Source: a virus. From it: a DNA stretch of 64,000 nt. A program made the translations under genes and the position numbers. The notes below the pieces were generated by a model. It had not been told where the DNA came from and did not search any database. It worked only from the letters and a program-made list of their open reading frames with translations. Shown piece after piece: positions 27,695 to 36,725 of this stretch (the stretch's first letter is position 1; each line of letters begins with the position of its first letter). The stretch covers positions 1 through 64,000 of the IMG/VR virus record IMGVR_UViG_3300050821_003843. One strand, 5' to 3'.

Positions 27695-29794
27695 ATCTTA
27701 GGAATCGACACAGAGACTTCTGGCGTTGACAAATACCACGGAGCAGCCCCATTCTTTGTAACTGTGTGTGACGATAATGACAATCAAACTTATTGGGAGG
27801 CTGATGTCGATCCATTCACCCGCAAACCTTTATGGGACTCTTCTGACCTACGCAGTATAAGAAAGACCATACTTGTACCGGGTGAGATGAAGATAATCCA
27901 CAATGAGAAGTTTGATGTACCGATGTTGGACAACATCTTACCCGGACTAATGGATGAATGGCCTTGGGATTATACACATGACACGCTAATTAGTGGGCAC
28001 TTGATTAACTCTAACGAACCACACGATCTAACGAGTCAGGTTCTAATCCACTTAGGTCTGAACATCAAGCCAGTGGAAGACAAGCTGCACGAGGCAACAG
28101 CAGCAGCCCGTAGAATGTGTCGAACAAAAGCGTTTATTGCCCAGTTCGGTCAGTGGCGCATTGCTGAAAAGGGTGAAGAGGATTTACCATCGGCAAAGGA
28201 TGCGACTTGGCAGTTTGACACGTTTCTGCCTCGCATGGTAGCCAAATACCAATGGGAAGCGAGTGATGCATATACTGCCTTAGAAAACAGACAACCATTA
28301 TCCATAATAGAAAAAAGTAATGGTTGGGAATGGCGTCCTCCTTCAGAAGTCTATGAGGGGTATCATCCGTGGTGGACAGTATTGTCAGAATACGCTAACC
28401 CAGATAGCGGGGTGTTATGTTACTTGGCAAAGGCGCATCACAAGTGCCTACACGCAAATGATCTGTGGTCTATTTATCTTGAACGAATGAAACTTGTACC
28501 ACAACTGTGTGCGATGGAGTCACGTGGCGCAACGTTGCATCAAGGCAGAATGACAGAACTGGAGGAACGGTTTACTAAAGCGTCAGAAGCGGCTGGCCGA
28601 TTGTGTAAGAACATTGCATCAAGGTATGACAACTACAAACTTGAGTTGCCTAAGAACGGGATGAACAACTCATTAAGGGGTTTTCTCTTTGATACAATGA
28701 GACTGGAATCACCGATCAAAACGGATTCAGGTGCCCCATCGTTCGATAAAAATGTGATCGAGCATTTTATGCTGACGCTCCCCACTAAGAGCAAGGAATT
28801 GACCTTCGTGGAAAAATTAAGGGAAAAGCGTAGCGCAGACACAGCCCTTGGATATTTGACCAGTTATCGAAAGTACATGCTGCCCGATGAAGTGATGGAC
28901 TTTTACCTGATACATTCCAAGGTGAATCCAACAGGTACAGCCACATTGCGCAACTCATCACAAGACCCCAATTCCCAACAGGTGAGTAAGAAAGAAGGAT
29001 TCAACCTACGTTACGTGTTTGGTCCGTTACCCGGTCGCGAATGGTGGTCGATTGATTACGACAACTTGGAGTTGCGCATCCCAGCCTATGAGTCTGGCGA
29101 GCGGGTAATGATTGATATCTTCGAAAAGCCCAACGATGCGCCCTACTTTGGCAGTTATCACTTATTAAATGCCAGTATCGTTTATCCTGACTTGTTCTGG
29201 CCATTAGCCGAAAAGAAAGGTGCATTCAAGGAAAAATACGGTTCGACCTACTACCAGTGGATCAAGAATTTCGATTTCGCCGATCAGTATGGTGCAATGT
29301 TGGGATCAGGTACAGCAGACCTAGCAGCACATAAACCCGGTGCGCAAGCAATGGTCCAGGCTAGATTGAAAGAAAAGAACAAACTCAATAACAAGTACAT
29401 TGACTTGGCTAACAAGTGGGGGTTTGTTGAGACCATACCCGATATCGAGGTCAATCCACGACGGGGTTATCCGGTCTATTGTTCGCGTTCAAAGTGGGGG
29501 CGAGTATCGCCAACGATTCCTCTAAACTACCATGTACAGTCTACAGCGTGTTGGATAAAAATGCGTGCTATGTTTAAGGTAGAAGAATACTTGCGGGCAA
29601 ACAAACTCGATGCCTACATCATCCTCGAAATCCACGATGAATTGATCTTCGATTTCCCATTTGTAAAGGATAAAGGAAATTTACATCACTTGAATGCAAT
29701 TCGAAAGATCATGGCATCTCTAGGCGATTGTGTTGGCATTCCGTTGACGTGTGGACTTTCCTACCATCCTCACAACTGGGCACAAGCGTCATGA
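27695..29794 (+). CDS. Family A DNA polymerase with 3'-5' exonuclease (start uncertain)
   Basis: ExoI GIDTET lies upstream of the ORF-track start; HNEKFD; TGTATLRNSSQDPN; DYDNLELR; KNFDFADQYG; EIHDEL. Confidence 0.92.
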   Translation: MLGIDTETSGVDKYHGAAPFFVTVCDDNDNQTYWEADVDPFTRKPLWDSSDLRSIRKTILVPGEMKIIHNEKFDVPMLDNILPGLMDEWPWDYTHDTLISGHLINSNEPHDLTSQVLIHLGLNIKPVEDKLHEATAAARRMCRTKAFIAQFGQWRIAEKGEEDLPSAKDATWQFDTFLPRMVAKYQWEASDAYTALENRQPLSIIEKSNGWEWRPPSEVYEGYHPWWTVLSEYANPDSGVLCYLAKAHHKCLHANDLWSIYLERMKLVPQLCAMESRGATLHQGRMTELEERFTKASEAAGRLCKNIASRYDNYKLELPKNGMNNSLRGFLFDTMRLESPIKTDSGAPSFDKNVIEHFMLTLPTKSKELTFVEKLREKRSADTALGYLTSYRKYMLPDEVMDFYLIHSKVNPTGTATLRNSSQDPNSQQVSKKEGFNLRYVFGPLPGREWWSIDYDNLELRIPAYESGERVMIDIFEKPNDAPYFGSYHLLNASIVYPDLFWPLAEKKGAFKEKYGSTYYQWIKNFDFADQYGAMLGSGTADLAAHKPGAQAMVQARLKEKNKLNNKYIDLANKWGFVETIPDIEVNPRRGYPVYCSRSKWGRVSPTIPLNYHVQSTACWIKMRAMFKVEEYLRANKLDAYIILEIHDELIFDFPFVKDKGNLHHLNAIRKIMASLGDCVGIPLTCGLSYHPHNWAQAS

Positions 29795-29987
29795 ACCACA
29801 AGTTAGAAGTCGATGACGACGCAATAGTGAATAACTACTACAGGGTCACAATGAGAAATCCACTACTACCAACAGAGTCAGAACTGGCAACACTGCGCAG
29901 TAAGTTACCCCACGTCAACTATCAAATGTTGAGTCTTCACTGGTTGGCGAATCGAATTACAGAACTCAAAAAAGCAGGGAGGTTAAA

Positions 29988-30320
29988 TTGAGAGTGTTCA
30001 AACAGCATGAACTGCGAGAAGCATACGCCTATGCTGAAGCCGGTGAGATAGCTGTCCATGTCCATTTTATGGTATTCGCTAACTCGCCAGCATGTTTCAA
30101 ACGTGATATGAATCGTGGCTATCCTATCGCTCACGTATTAGGACAGGATAAGGAACACCTGATTGCGATAGCCCATGACTGTGGTGTTAAGAAAGTGGTA
30201 GTAGAATGCCAAGGAACTAGACGACAGCATATTGACCTATGTGGTAAGCCGTTGATCCATTGTCTAACACAAATGGATGTGGATATAGAAGATTACACTT
30301 TGGAGAAACAAGGCAAATGA
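29988..30320 (+). CDS. DUF4031-like hypothetical protein
   Basis: AHVL..D...L...A..G....HIDL motif; GGAGG SD. Confidence 0.45.
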   Translation: MRVFKQHELREAYAYAEAGEIAVHVHFMVFANSPACFKRDMNRGYPIAHVLGQDKEHLIAIAHDCGVKKVVVECQGTRRQHIDLCGKPLIHCLTQMDVDIEDYTLEKQGK

Positions 30321-30621
30321 AGATTAGATTGGTATGCCCCGAAGGGTGGAAACAGTGTGGGTTCCAACGTCTTGTGTGTGATGCGGTTGAATGTAGTTTG
30401 AACGATAAGGTACGAATTGCCGACACACTCAAACAATGGATCAATGATGGAGTGATGGAAGCTGAATCGAACCCGAGTACTGGCTTTGCGTTTGTGGATG
30501 GAAATAACTTGTTTGTGGAGTCAGGTGAAGGGACGACGTTACATGACTTCGCTGACTCGTTACAAGATGCTTCGAAATGTGTGGTAGAATACAAGGATGC
30601 AGATGATGAAGGGTGGCAAGT

Positions 30622-31482
30622 ATGTTAGTTGAAGAAGTTAAGAAGTTGACACCGTTACAAAGACTCTGTTTTTGGATAACCGAAAGGGAATCAATCAGGT
30701 TGAAAAAAGAAGCTGGTGATCCTAAACCGTGGAGCACGAACGAAGTATTACAGAATTTCCGCTTCTGCAATGTGATTAGGAGTGATGACAAGGTTTCACA
30801 GTGGCTCATGAACAACTGGTACACAAAGGAAAACATTGAGAAGGGGAATTTGGTAACGGCTTGTGTACTGGCACGACAGATCAACAATATCGAAACGATG
30901 ACGGATATTGGCTACCCTCATCCATGGAACCCGAAACGAGTCGAAGCGATTTGTAAAAAACGTGTAGCCGATGGGAAAAAGGTATTCAACGGCGCTTACA
31001 TCATCACGGGTGGGTTAGGTGGTGGTACGAAGGTGGAACAGGTGATTCACCTTGTGGTTGATCCAATCCATAAAGCGAAGGTAGCTCCAGTCTATGAGTC
31101 ACTTGAGGCAACACATACTCGATTGATGAATTATGTCGGTATGGGGTCATTTATTGCGGGGCAAGTGGTGGCAGACATTAAATTAGCTCTAAACCATGAA
31201 AACTATTGGCTTGATAGAAACACATGGGCTCCTATGGGTCCAGGTTCAAAACGTGGAATGAATCGACTTCACGAGCGCAACCCAGACGAGAAAAAGAATC
31301 AAGCCAAGTTCACAAAAGAACTTCAAGAACTTAGATCACAACTAAGGAAGTTGCTACCAGCAGATCTTTACTTGCGCATGGAAGCGATGGACCTTCAAAA
31401 CTGCCTATGTGAATTTTCGAAGATGGAGCGCACGTTGTTCGATAGCAAACGACCCAAACAACTCTATCCGGGGGTGAAATGA
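30622..31482 (+). CDS. 5-hmdU DNA kinase helical-domain family (aGPT-Pplase1)
   Basis: WITERESIR..PWS..LQNFRFCNVIRSDDKVS, GAYII, FIAGQVVAD, GPGSKRG, QNCLCEFSK. Confidence 0.85.
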   Translation: MLVEEVKKLTPLQRLCFWITERESIRLKKEAGDPKPWSTNEVLQNFRFCNVIRSDDKVSQWLMNNWYTKENIEKGNLVTACVLARQINNIETMTDIGYPHPWNPKRVEAICKKRVADGKKVFNGAYIITGGLGGGTKVEQVIHLVVDPIHKAKVAPVYESLEATHTRLMNYVGMGSFIAGQVVADIKLALNHENYWLDRNTWAPMGPGSKRGMNRLHERNPDEKKNQAKFTKELQELRSQLRKLLPADLYLRMEAMDLQNCLCEFSKMERTLFDSKRPKQLYPGVK

Positions 31483-32060
31483 TTATTTCACTCCGGGGGA
31501 CAAATGGATCAGGCAAGTCCACTGTCGTGCGTAAACTCATGGAACGCTACAACGCACAACCTGAGAGCCTTGATTCAAAGGGCAGACCGATGAACTATGT
31601 AATGACGTTGGGTAATGGATCATCACTGTACGTTGTAGGCTGCTATCAGAATGCTTGCGGTGGTTGCGACGGTATTCACCCCTTTACTGAAATTTGGCCA
31701 CGTGTAACGCGATTGGCAGCGTTGGGACACGTGTTATTCGAGGGGCTGGCGTTTACCAGTGGTTACGGCAACATCGGCAAGGATAGTGAAGTGTATGGTG
31801 ATGATTTTGTTTTTGCGTTTATGGATACCCCACCAGAAGTCTGTATCCAACGGGTACTTGCTCGACGTGAAGCAAAGGGAACTGAAAAACCGTACAGCCC
31901 AAAAAACCTGATGAGTAAGCTAAGTGCGGCGCGTAGCAGCGAACGTAAGATAAAAGAAGTGTACGGTAGGCGAGTTGTTTCAATCAATCACCGTGCAGCA
32001 GTTCAGCAGATTTTAGGGATCTACTATAATGCAAAACGAATTGAATGCATTGGAGTTTAG
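31479..32060 (+). CDS. P-loop kinase of hypermodification loci
   Basis: LRGTNGSGKST, GCY...CGGCD, VLFEG. Confidence 0.8.
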   Translation: MIISLRGTNGSGKSTVVRKLMERYNAQPESLDSKGRPMNYVMTLGNGSSLYVVGCYQNACGGCDGIHPFTEIWPRVTRLAALGHVLFEGLAFTSGYGNIGKDSEVYGDDFVFAFMDTPPEVCIQRVLARREAKGTEKPYSPKNLMSKLSAARSSERKIKEVYGRRVVSINHRAAVQQILGIYYNAKRIECIGV

Positions 32061-32823
32061 TCGACAACTAATTACATTGAATGACTTAGATCCAACGTAT
32101 GTTGTCTTGTGGTATGCGCAACTAGAGCCTGAACTAAAAGCAAAATTTCTCCTAGCTTACTTGTGCTTTTATCATTTTGGAACGGCATCATGGATCTGTT
32201 CACAAAATAACTATTGGCAAGGGATGATGGATGCGGCAGCAACGAAAGAGCGACCTAGAGCAAGTGAGCGTCGTCATTTTCGAGGGGGGCAAGCAACTCG
32301 GGCAATTCAGGACTTAATTGATTTAAAACTGACTCCATTACGCATCGTTCAACACTGGTCGAATGGTAAAATTAAACCAAGCGCTTTGGAGGTAATACAG
32401 CAAGTTAAAAACCATCGTGGGTTTGGTGATTGGGTGAGTTTCAAAGCGGCTGACTTATTAGAACGATTGGCAATAGTCCAAGTTCAATTCACACCGGATG
32501 ATGTATTCAACATGTACGAATCGCCACGACTAGGCGCAGAATTGATTGCTGCACAACATGACGTTCCAATGGAACAGGCTTGTCAATTTGCCTACAACCA
32601 TTTGACAGCAGGATTAAAGGATCTACTTGCTCCGCCACGTTGCGAACGACGATTGAACATCCAAGAGATTGAAACCTGCTTGTGCAAGTACCACAGTTAC
32701 CACAAAGGTCATTATAAATTAGGACAAGATGTTATCGAGGTGCGCCATGCAATTGAGTTGTATGGTAGCTTGCCGATGAGTAAACGTCTATTTAATGCTG
32801 GTAAGAGTGGAGGGCTGTGGTGA
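32029..32823 (+). CDS. Amino acid:DNA transferase (aGPT-Pplase2/AADT family)
   Basis: DLDPTY, AYLCFYH.G.AS, R.SERRHFRG, GFGDWVSFKAADL, QEIETCLCKY. Confidence 0.82.
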   Translation: MQNELNALEFSRQLITLNDLDPTYVVLWYAQLEPELKAKFLLAYLCFYHFGTASWICSQNNYWQGMMDAAATKERPRASERRHFRGGQATRAIQDLIDLKLTPLRIVQHWSNGKIKPSALEVIQQVKNHRGFGDWVSFKAADLLERLAIVQVQFTPDDVFNMYESPRLGAELIAAQHDVPMEQACQFAYNHLTAGLKDLLAPPRCERRLNIQEIETCLCKYHSYHKGHYKLGQDVIEVRHAIELYGSLPMSKRLFNAGKSGGLW

Positions 32824-33662
32824 AAGACGTAATTGTCATTGGAGCGGGTATTATTGGCGCTACGATTGCTAAGTCACTACAGACGCAGGGAAGAGACGTA
32901 TTGGTGATTGATAGTAATGAGTCACTGGCGGGGACAAAACCCTCTGGGGGCCATTTAAAGCCATCATGGTTTGGAGGGATGTCGAAAACTGAGTATGAAC
33001 CTGCAATGGAACTACTCAATGAGACTTGGGGATTGATTGAAGAACAGTTTACTATCAAGGCGTTGGGAATCAGTACGGGCGTCACTTCAACGGTTTATCG
33101 AGTTGACACGGATAAGGTAATTGAGTTTCCAAGGGTTGTAGGAAGAGTGTGTTCATTACAGTTTTTGGATAACTACCCAAATGTTGTATGGAACAATGGT
33201 GAAAGTCAGGAACGTTGCCGCTTGTTGATTGTCGCGGCTGGAGTGTGGTGTGGAACGTTACTTCCACAACTTGCTTTGAAAATACAGCGTAAGCAGGGAA
33301 TATCGTTCCGATATAAAGGTCAGTTGAAAGAACCATTTATCAATCCGTGGGCACCATACAAGCAGATTGTTGCGCATCAACAATCGTCGAATGAGATTTG
33401 GATAGGCGATGGGTCTACGATACTACAACCAAACTGGACAGCTAAAAGAGAACTTGAGTGTCGAACACGATGTGAGAATAACTTACAGAAGATGCAGTAC
33501 ATTCGTTCTATTACTGGGTTGCGACCCTACTGTGAAAGTGGGAAAGACCCTTGTCTATTAAAACAAGTTTTCAACCGTGTATGGGTCGCGACAGGTGCGG
33601 GTAAGTCTGGGACCATTGCAGCGGGTTGGGTTGCTAGAAAGATCATTGATGCCACGAGCTAA
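32817..33662 (+). CDS. FAD-dependent oxidoreductase (glycine oxidase/DAO-like)
   Basis: VIGAGIIG dinucleotide fold; GLRPY; TGAGKSG. Confidence 0.88.
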   Translation: MVKDVIVIGAGIIGATIAKSLQTQGRDVLVIDSNESLAGTKPSGGHLKPSWFGGMSKTEYEPAMELLNETWGLIEEQFTIKALGISTGVTSTVYRVDTDKVIEFPRVVGRVCSLQFLDNYPNVVWNNGESQERCRLLIVAAGVWCGTLLPQLALKIQRKQGISFRYKGQLKEPFINPWAPYKQIVAHQQSSNEIWIGDGSTILQPNWTAKRELECRTRCENNLQKMQYIRSITGLRPYCESGKDPCLLKQVFNRVWVATGAGKSGTIAAGWVARKIIDATS

Positions 33663-34524
33663 AATCACTTCAGTCAATTGGACCTATGGGTGTGAGTTAG
33701 AACTAGGTGACGTGAGCAGAGACATAGTAATTCCTCTACAATATGGTAAATGGGAGTATGCTGAGACGGATATTGTCAACATACTTCCTCCATACCGGCA
33801 TGTTGCTTGTGACCCATTGGGGTTGGAACCACCAATGGGGGGTGAGATCAACACTGTTCCAACAATTGGTTGGAAATCACAAATCAAATTGATTGAAGAA
33901 TTGTTGAAATGGTTAATCACTGAGGGACAATCACCAACAACAAATTGTATATCACACACACACGTACATATCCACATACCGAGACTAGTACGTGACATTG
34001 AACTACTCAAAAAATTGACTAGGTATATAATGGAGAATCAAGTTAAATCTGTTGATAGTTGCCTTCAATTTGATTCTAGGCAAATGTCTGCAAAATTAGG
34101 GGCGGGATATTTGAAACTCGATTGTGGAAGACTGATGCCTGATTGGATGGGTGAGAATATTATCAACATGGCAAACTCGTTTGATGATTTTATCCGTATC
34201 CAGTGCTGTGGTAAAGATGGTGTCAGTCGTGGTAGACCGTTTCGATATGCGATCAATACATACTGCCTAAAGCACACACAGACAATTGAATTCCGACTAT
34301 TTCGTAGCTCACTTGACTTACTAGAGCTCTCTGACTGCTTTCGATTCGTGGAACAATTCATGTTGGCGGCATTGAATGATGGACCTTCAGTGGATGAGTT
34401 ATTGAGGGTAGGTTATAAGTTTCCTCCGTTTCGCTACTCGCTACCAGAAGTCGAAGGCTGGCTAAAAACGAAGTGGGATAAAAGTAGGGGGGAGAAGAAA
34501 CGTGAATTCATTCCAGTTACGTGA
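33649..34524 (+). CDS. Amidoligase (glutamine-synthetase-fold COOH-NH2 ligase)
   Basis: YGCELE, GGEINT, HTHVHI, RYAIN, TIEFR. Confidence 0.82.
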   Translation: MPRAKITSVNWTYGCELELGDVSRDIVIPLQYGKWEYAETDIVNILPPYRHVACDPLGLEPPMGGEINTVPTIGWKSQIKLIEELLKWLITEGQSPTTNCISHTHVHIHIPRLVRDIELLKKLTRYIMENQVKSVDSCLQFDSRQMSAKLGAGYLKLDCGRLMPDWMGENIINMANSFDDFIRIQCCGKDGVSRGRPFRYAINTYCLKHTQTIEFRLFRSSLDLLELSDCFRFVEQFMLAALNDGPSVDELLRVGYKFPPFRYSLPEVEGWLKTKWDKSRGEKKREFIPVT

Positions 34525-35032
34525 AACAACTCGCGGAGAGTTTGTGACTGCTACGGGGTTGCATCCAGTTGCGGCTGACTCATTTGCTAAAACATTTCGC
34601 GCTAAAGCCGATGCATTTGACCTATGGCCGTGCCTAGGCGTATGGAATGACAGGCAGCAACTGATGGGGGCGATTATTTGGACGATTACACAACGGCAAC
34701 CGCATATCGCAAATTTACAACTACTTCACACGTTCGCCGAGTATCGTCGACAGGGAGTGGCGTCAAAACTGTGTGTGGAGTGTTTAAATCGCGTGAGAGG
34801 GCTTGGGGCTGAGTATTTGAGGGTGAGTAGTGAGCCTGAAAGCGTGGCGTTTTACAAGAGCCTAGGCATTCAATTTTTAGGTAGGCAAAAATCAGGTTGC
34901 TTACTGGCGATGGGTCGATTAACGGGTACTGATGGCGATTTCAGACAACTTAATTACTCATTAGAACACGAGCCGATAAGAAAAGCAGTGTTCCGAAAGG
35001 GTAAAGGAGGTTGTGTTGAAGTGTTTAAATAA
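34502..35032 (+). CDS. GNAT acetyltransferase
   Basis: LHTFAEYRRQGVASKL acetyl-CoA motif; SVAFYKSLG. Confidence 0.85.
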   Translation: MNSFQLRETTRGEFVTATGLHPVAADSFAKTFRAKADAFDLWPCLGVWNDRQQLMGAIIWTITQRQPHIANLQLLHTFAEYRRQGVASKLCVECLNRVRGLGAEYLRVSSEPESVAFYKSLGIQFLGRQKSGCLLAMGRLTGTDGDFRQLNYSLEHEPIRKAVFRKGKGGCVEVFK

Positions 35033-35035
35033 AAA

Positions 35036-35060
35036 TAGCCCACCGGGTTAGGGCGGGCTA
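35036..35060. terminator. Intrinsic terminator between convergent units
   Basis: TAGCCC..GGGCTA hairpin with an A-run on the left. Confidence 0.55.
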
Positions 35061-35088
35061 ATGAAGTCAACTTATCAGACCAATAATG

Positions 35089-35505
35089 TTATTGCTTGAC
35101 CCACACATTTCCCCGCTTACCTTCGGTTGATCCGTAAGCAACTCGACCGTCTTCCACCATCAATTTCAAATGATTGACGACAGGACCACCCTCTTTTCCA
35201 CCGGGTGTACGACCTAGTCCGACAACGATTTCACGTGAGGAGTAATCGTGACCCTTCTTCATGAACTTGAGGATTTGATTTTGGAGTTCGGTTGTGTCGG
35301 TTCGTGTTGCTCGTGGGGCTGATTCCTTTTTCACTAATTTCGCAGCAGCCTTTTTCGTAGCCACTTTTTTCACGGGGGCAGTTGACTTGGCGGCAACCTT
35401 TTTCACTGCCTCCTTTTTAACAGGGGCAGGTGATGCAGCAGCATTCACGGGAGCACCGGTGACCACGCCATCAATCACAGCGTTTCCAACAACTTTCTTA
35501 GCCAT
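35089..35505 (-). CDS. Histone H1-like Lys/Ala-rich protein with C-terminal winged helix
   Basis: PVKK..AVKKVAAK repeats; ILKFM..SSREIV..HLKLMVEDGRV. Confidence 0.7.
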   Translation of the reverse strand: MAKKVVGNAVIDGVVTGAPVNAAASPAPVKKEAVKKVAAKSTAPVKKVATKKAAAKLVKKESAPRATRTDTTELQNQILKFMKKGHDYSSREIVVGLGRTPGGKEGGPVVNHLKLMVEDGRVAYGSTEGKRGNVWVKQ

Positions 35506-35537
35506 AATTCGTCATCTTTCAAACTAGAACTTGAGGG

Positions 35538-35596
35538 TATCTGCCATCATCAGACCACGTAGATAAATTCGTGGTGACGCCCGGAGGCGTTTCGGC
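35538..35596 (-). ncRNA. Type II hammerhead ribozyme
   Basis: Minus strand GCC-GAAA-CGCC(UCCG)GGCG-UC-ACCACG(loop)CGUGGU-CUGAUGA-U-GGC; loop UAUCU can pair with 3' AGAUA. Confidence 0.88.
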
Positions 35597-35785
35597 TTAG
35601 ACACATACAGGGTAAGCAAGGGCAGAAGATTTGTGATGACCATTGATTAACGATTGGAGTTGTTCAACCGTCGCATCATCAACTTTTTCGTTCGAGATCA
35701 GGCGAGTTACCTGAACGATGTTTTCGCTGGCGTCAATTCGGACTTGGTAGACTCGACCATTCAATTGGATTTTGTAAGTTTTCAT
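35597..35785 (-). CDS. Small hypothetical early protein
   Basis: GAAGGA SD; downstream of promoter. Confidence 0.55.
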   Translation of the reverse strand: MKTYKIQLNGRVYQVRIDASENIVQVTRLISNEKVDDATVEQLQSLINGHHKSSALAYPVCV

Positions 35786-35840
35786 GATTTGTTCCTTCGT
35801 TTCGTGTGTGTCATTTCGTTTCGTTGAACCCGACAACAGA

Positions 35841-35869
35841 AGTATCGTCGAGGAGTGGAAGTTTGTAAA
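35841..35869 (-). promoter_or_regulatory. Sigma70-like promoter
   Basis: Minus strand TTTACA-17-GATACT; leader GTTGTCGGGT shared with the 14.08-kb cassette. Confidence 0.6.
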
Positions 35870-35939
35870 GGAAATTCTGTGAACTTTTCTACGGAATTTT
35901 CAAAATAGTTCTGAAATCCCTATTTTAGAGGAGTTTTCT

Positions 35940-36557
35940 ATGAGAGAAATTGTTCGGATTCTCGTTGACATGGACGGTCTGTTGACGAATTTTGATGACG
36001 CGGCGTGCCTCGCACATGGCTTTCCGATCCAAATGTTACACGATTACAGGCAGCCGGGTGAATGGTCGCTCATCCCTATTTTCGCTCGAATGCGGGGCGA
36101 AATCATGAGTGTGGAGGAATTTTGGAGGGTGATTGGCGAACATGGTGAACTATTTTGGACCTCGTTGGCGCAAACCGAATGGATGGACCCATTGCTCCAA
36201 TTGGTTAAAGAATTCAACGGTAGTGATTGGCATGTGGTAACAGCCCCAAGCCATTGCCCCACGTCGTATAGTGGAAAGGTGAAGTGGTTGAAGTCACGAC
36301 TTGGCAAGGAATTTGATCGGGTACTGGCAACCCCGCACAAGGAAATTTTAGCCATGCCGGGTGTTATACTGATTGATGACAACGAACAAAACATACAACG
36401 GTTTAAACTGGCCGGTGGTAGTGGGATCTTGTTCCCAATAATGGGGAACTGTCTACATCACTTGGCAAATAATCCAGTGGCTTACGTGCGTGAACAGATA
36501 GAAGAAAGGCTGTATAAGGATGAATCTGAAAGTAGGGCAGATAGTCACGTGGCTTGA
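35940..36557 (+). CDS. HAD-family 5'(3')-deoxyribonucleotidase
   Basis: LVDMDGLL, TAP, GKVKWL, LIDD. Confidence 0.85.
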   Translation: MREIVRILVDMDGLLTNFDDAACLAHGFPIQMLHDYRQPGEWSLIPIFARMRGEIMSVEEFWRVIGEHGELFWTSLAQTEWMDPLLQLVKEFNGSDWHVVTAPSHCPTSYSGKVKWLKSRLGKEFDRVLATPHKEILAMPGVILIDDNEQNIQRFKLAGGSGILFPIMGNCLHHLANNPVAYVREQIEERLYKDESESRADSHVA

Positions 36558-36725
36558 ACCAATTCGCACACAGATTGAAAACCGTGGGAATATGTTGGGA
36601 CCACGGATGATAGATCAGGAATTACACCACAGTGGTGAAGTGATTTCGATTGAGGGTGATTCGTGTACGGTACGCGATTCATGGGGTTTGATTTGGCAAC
36701 TGAAAATTGAAAAGGACAAGTTGAC

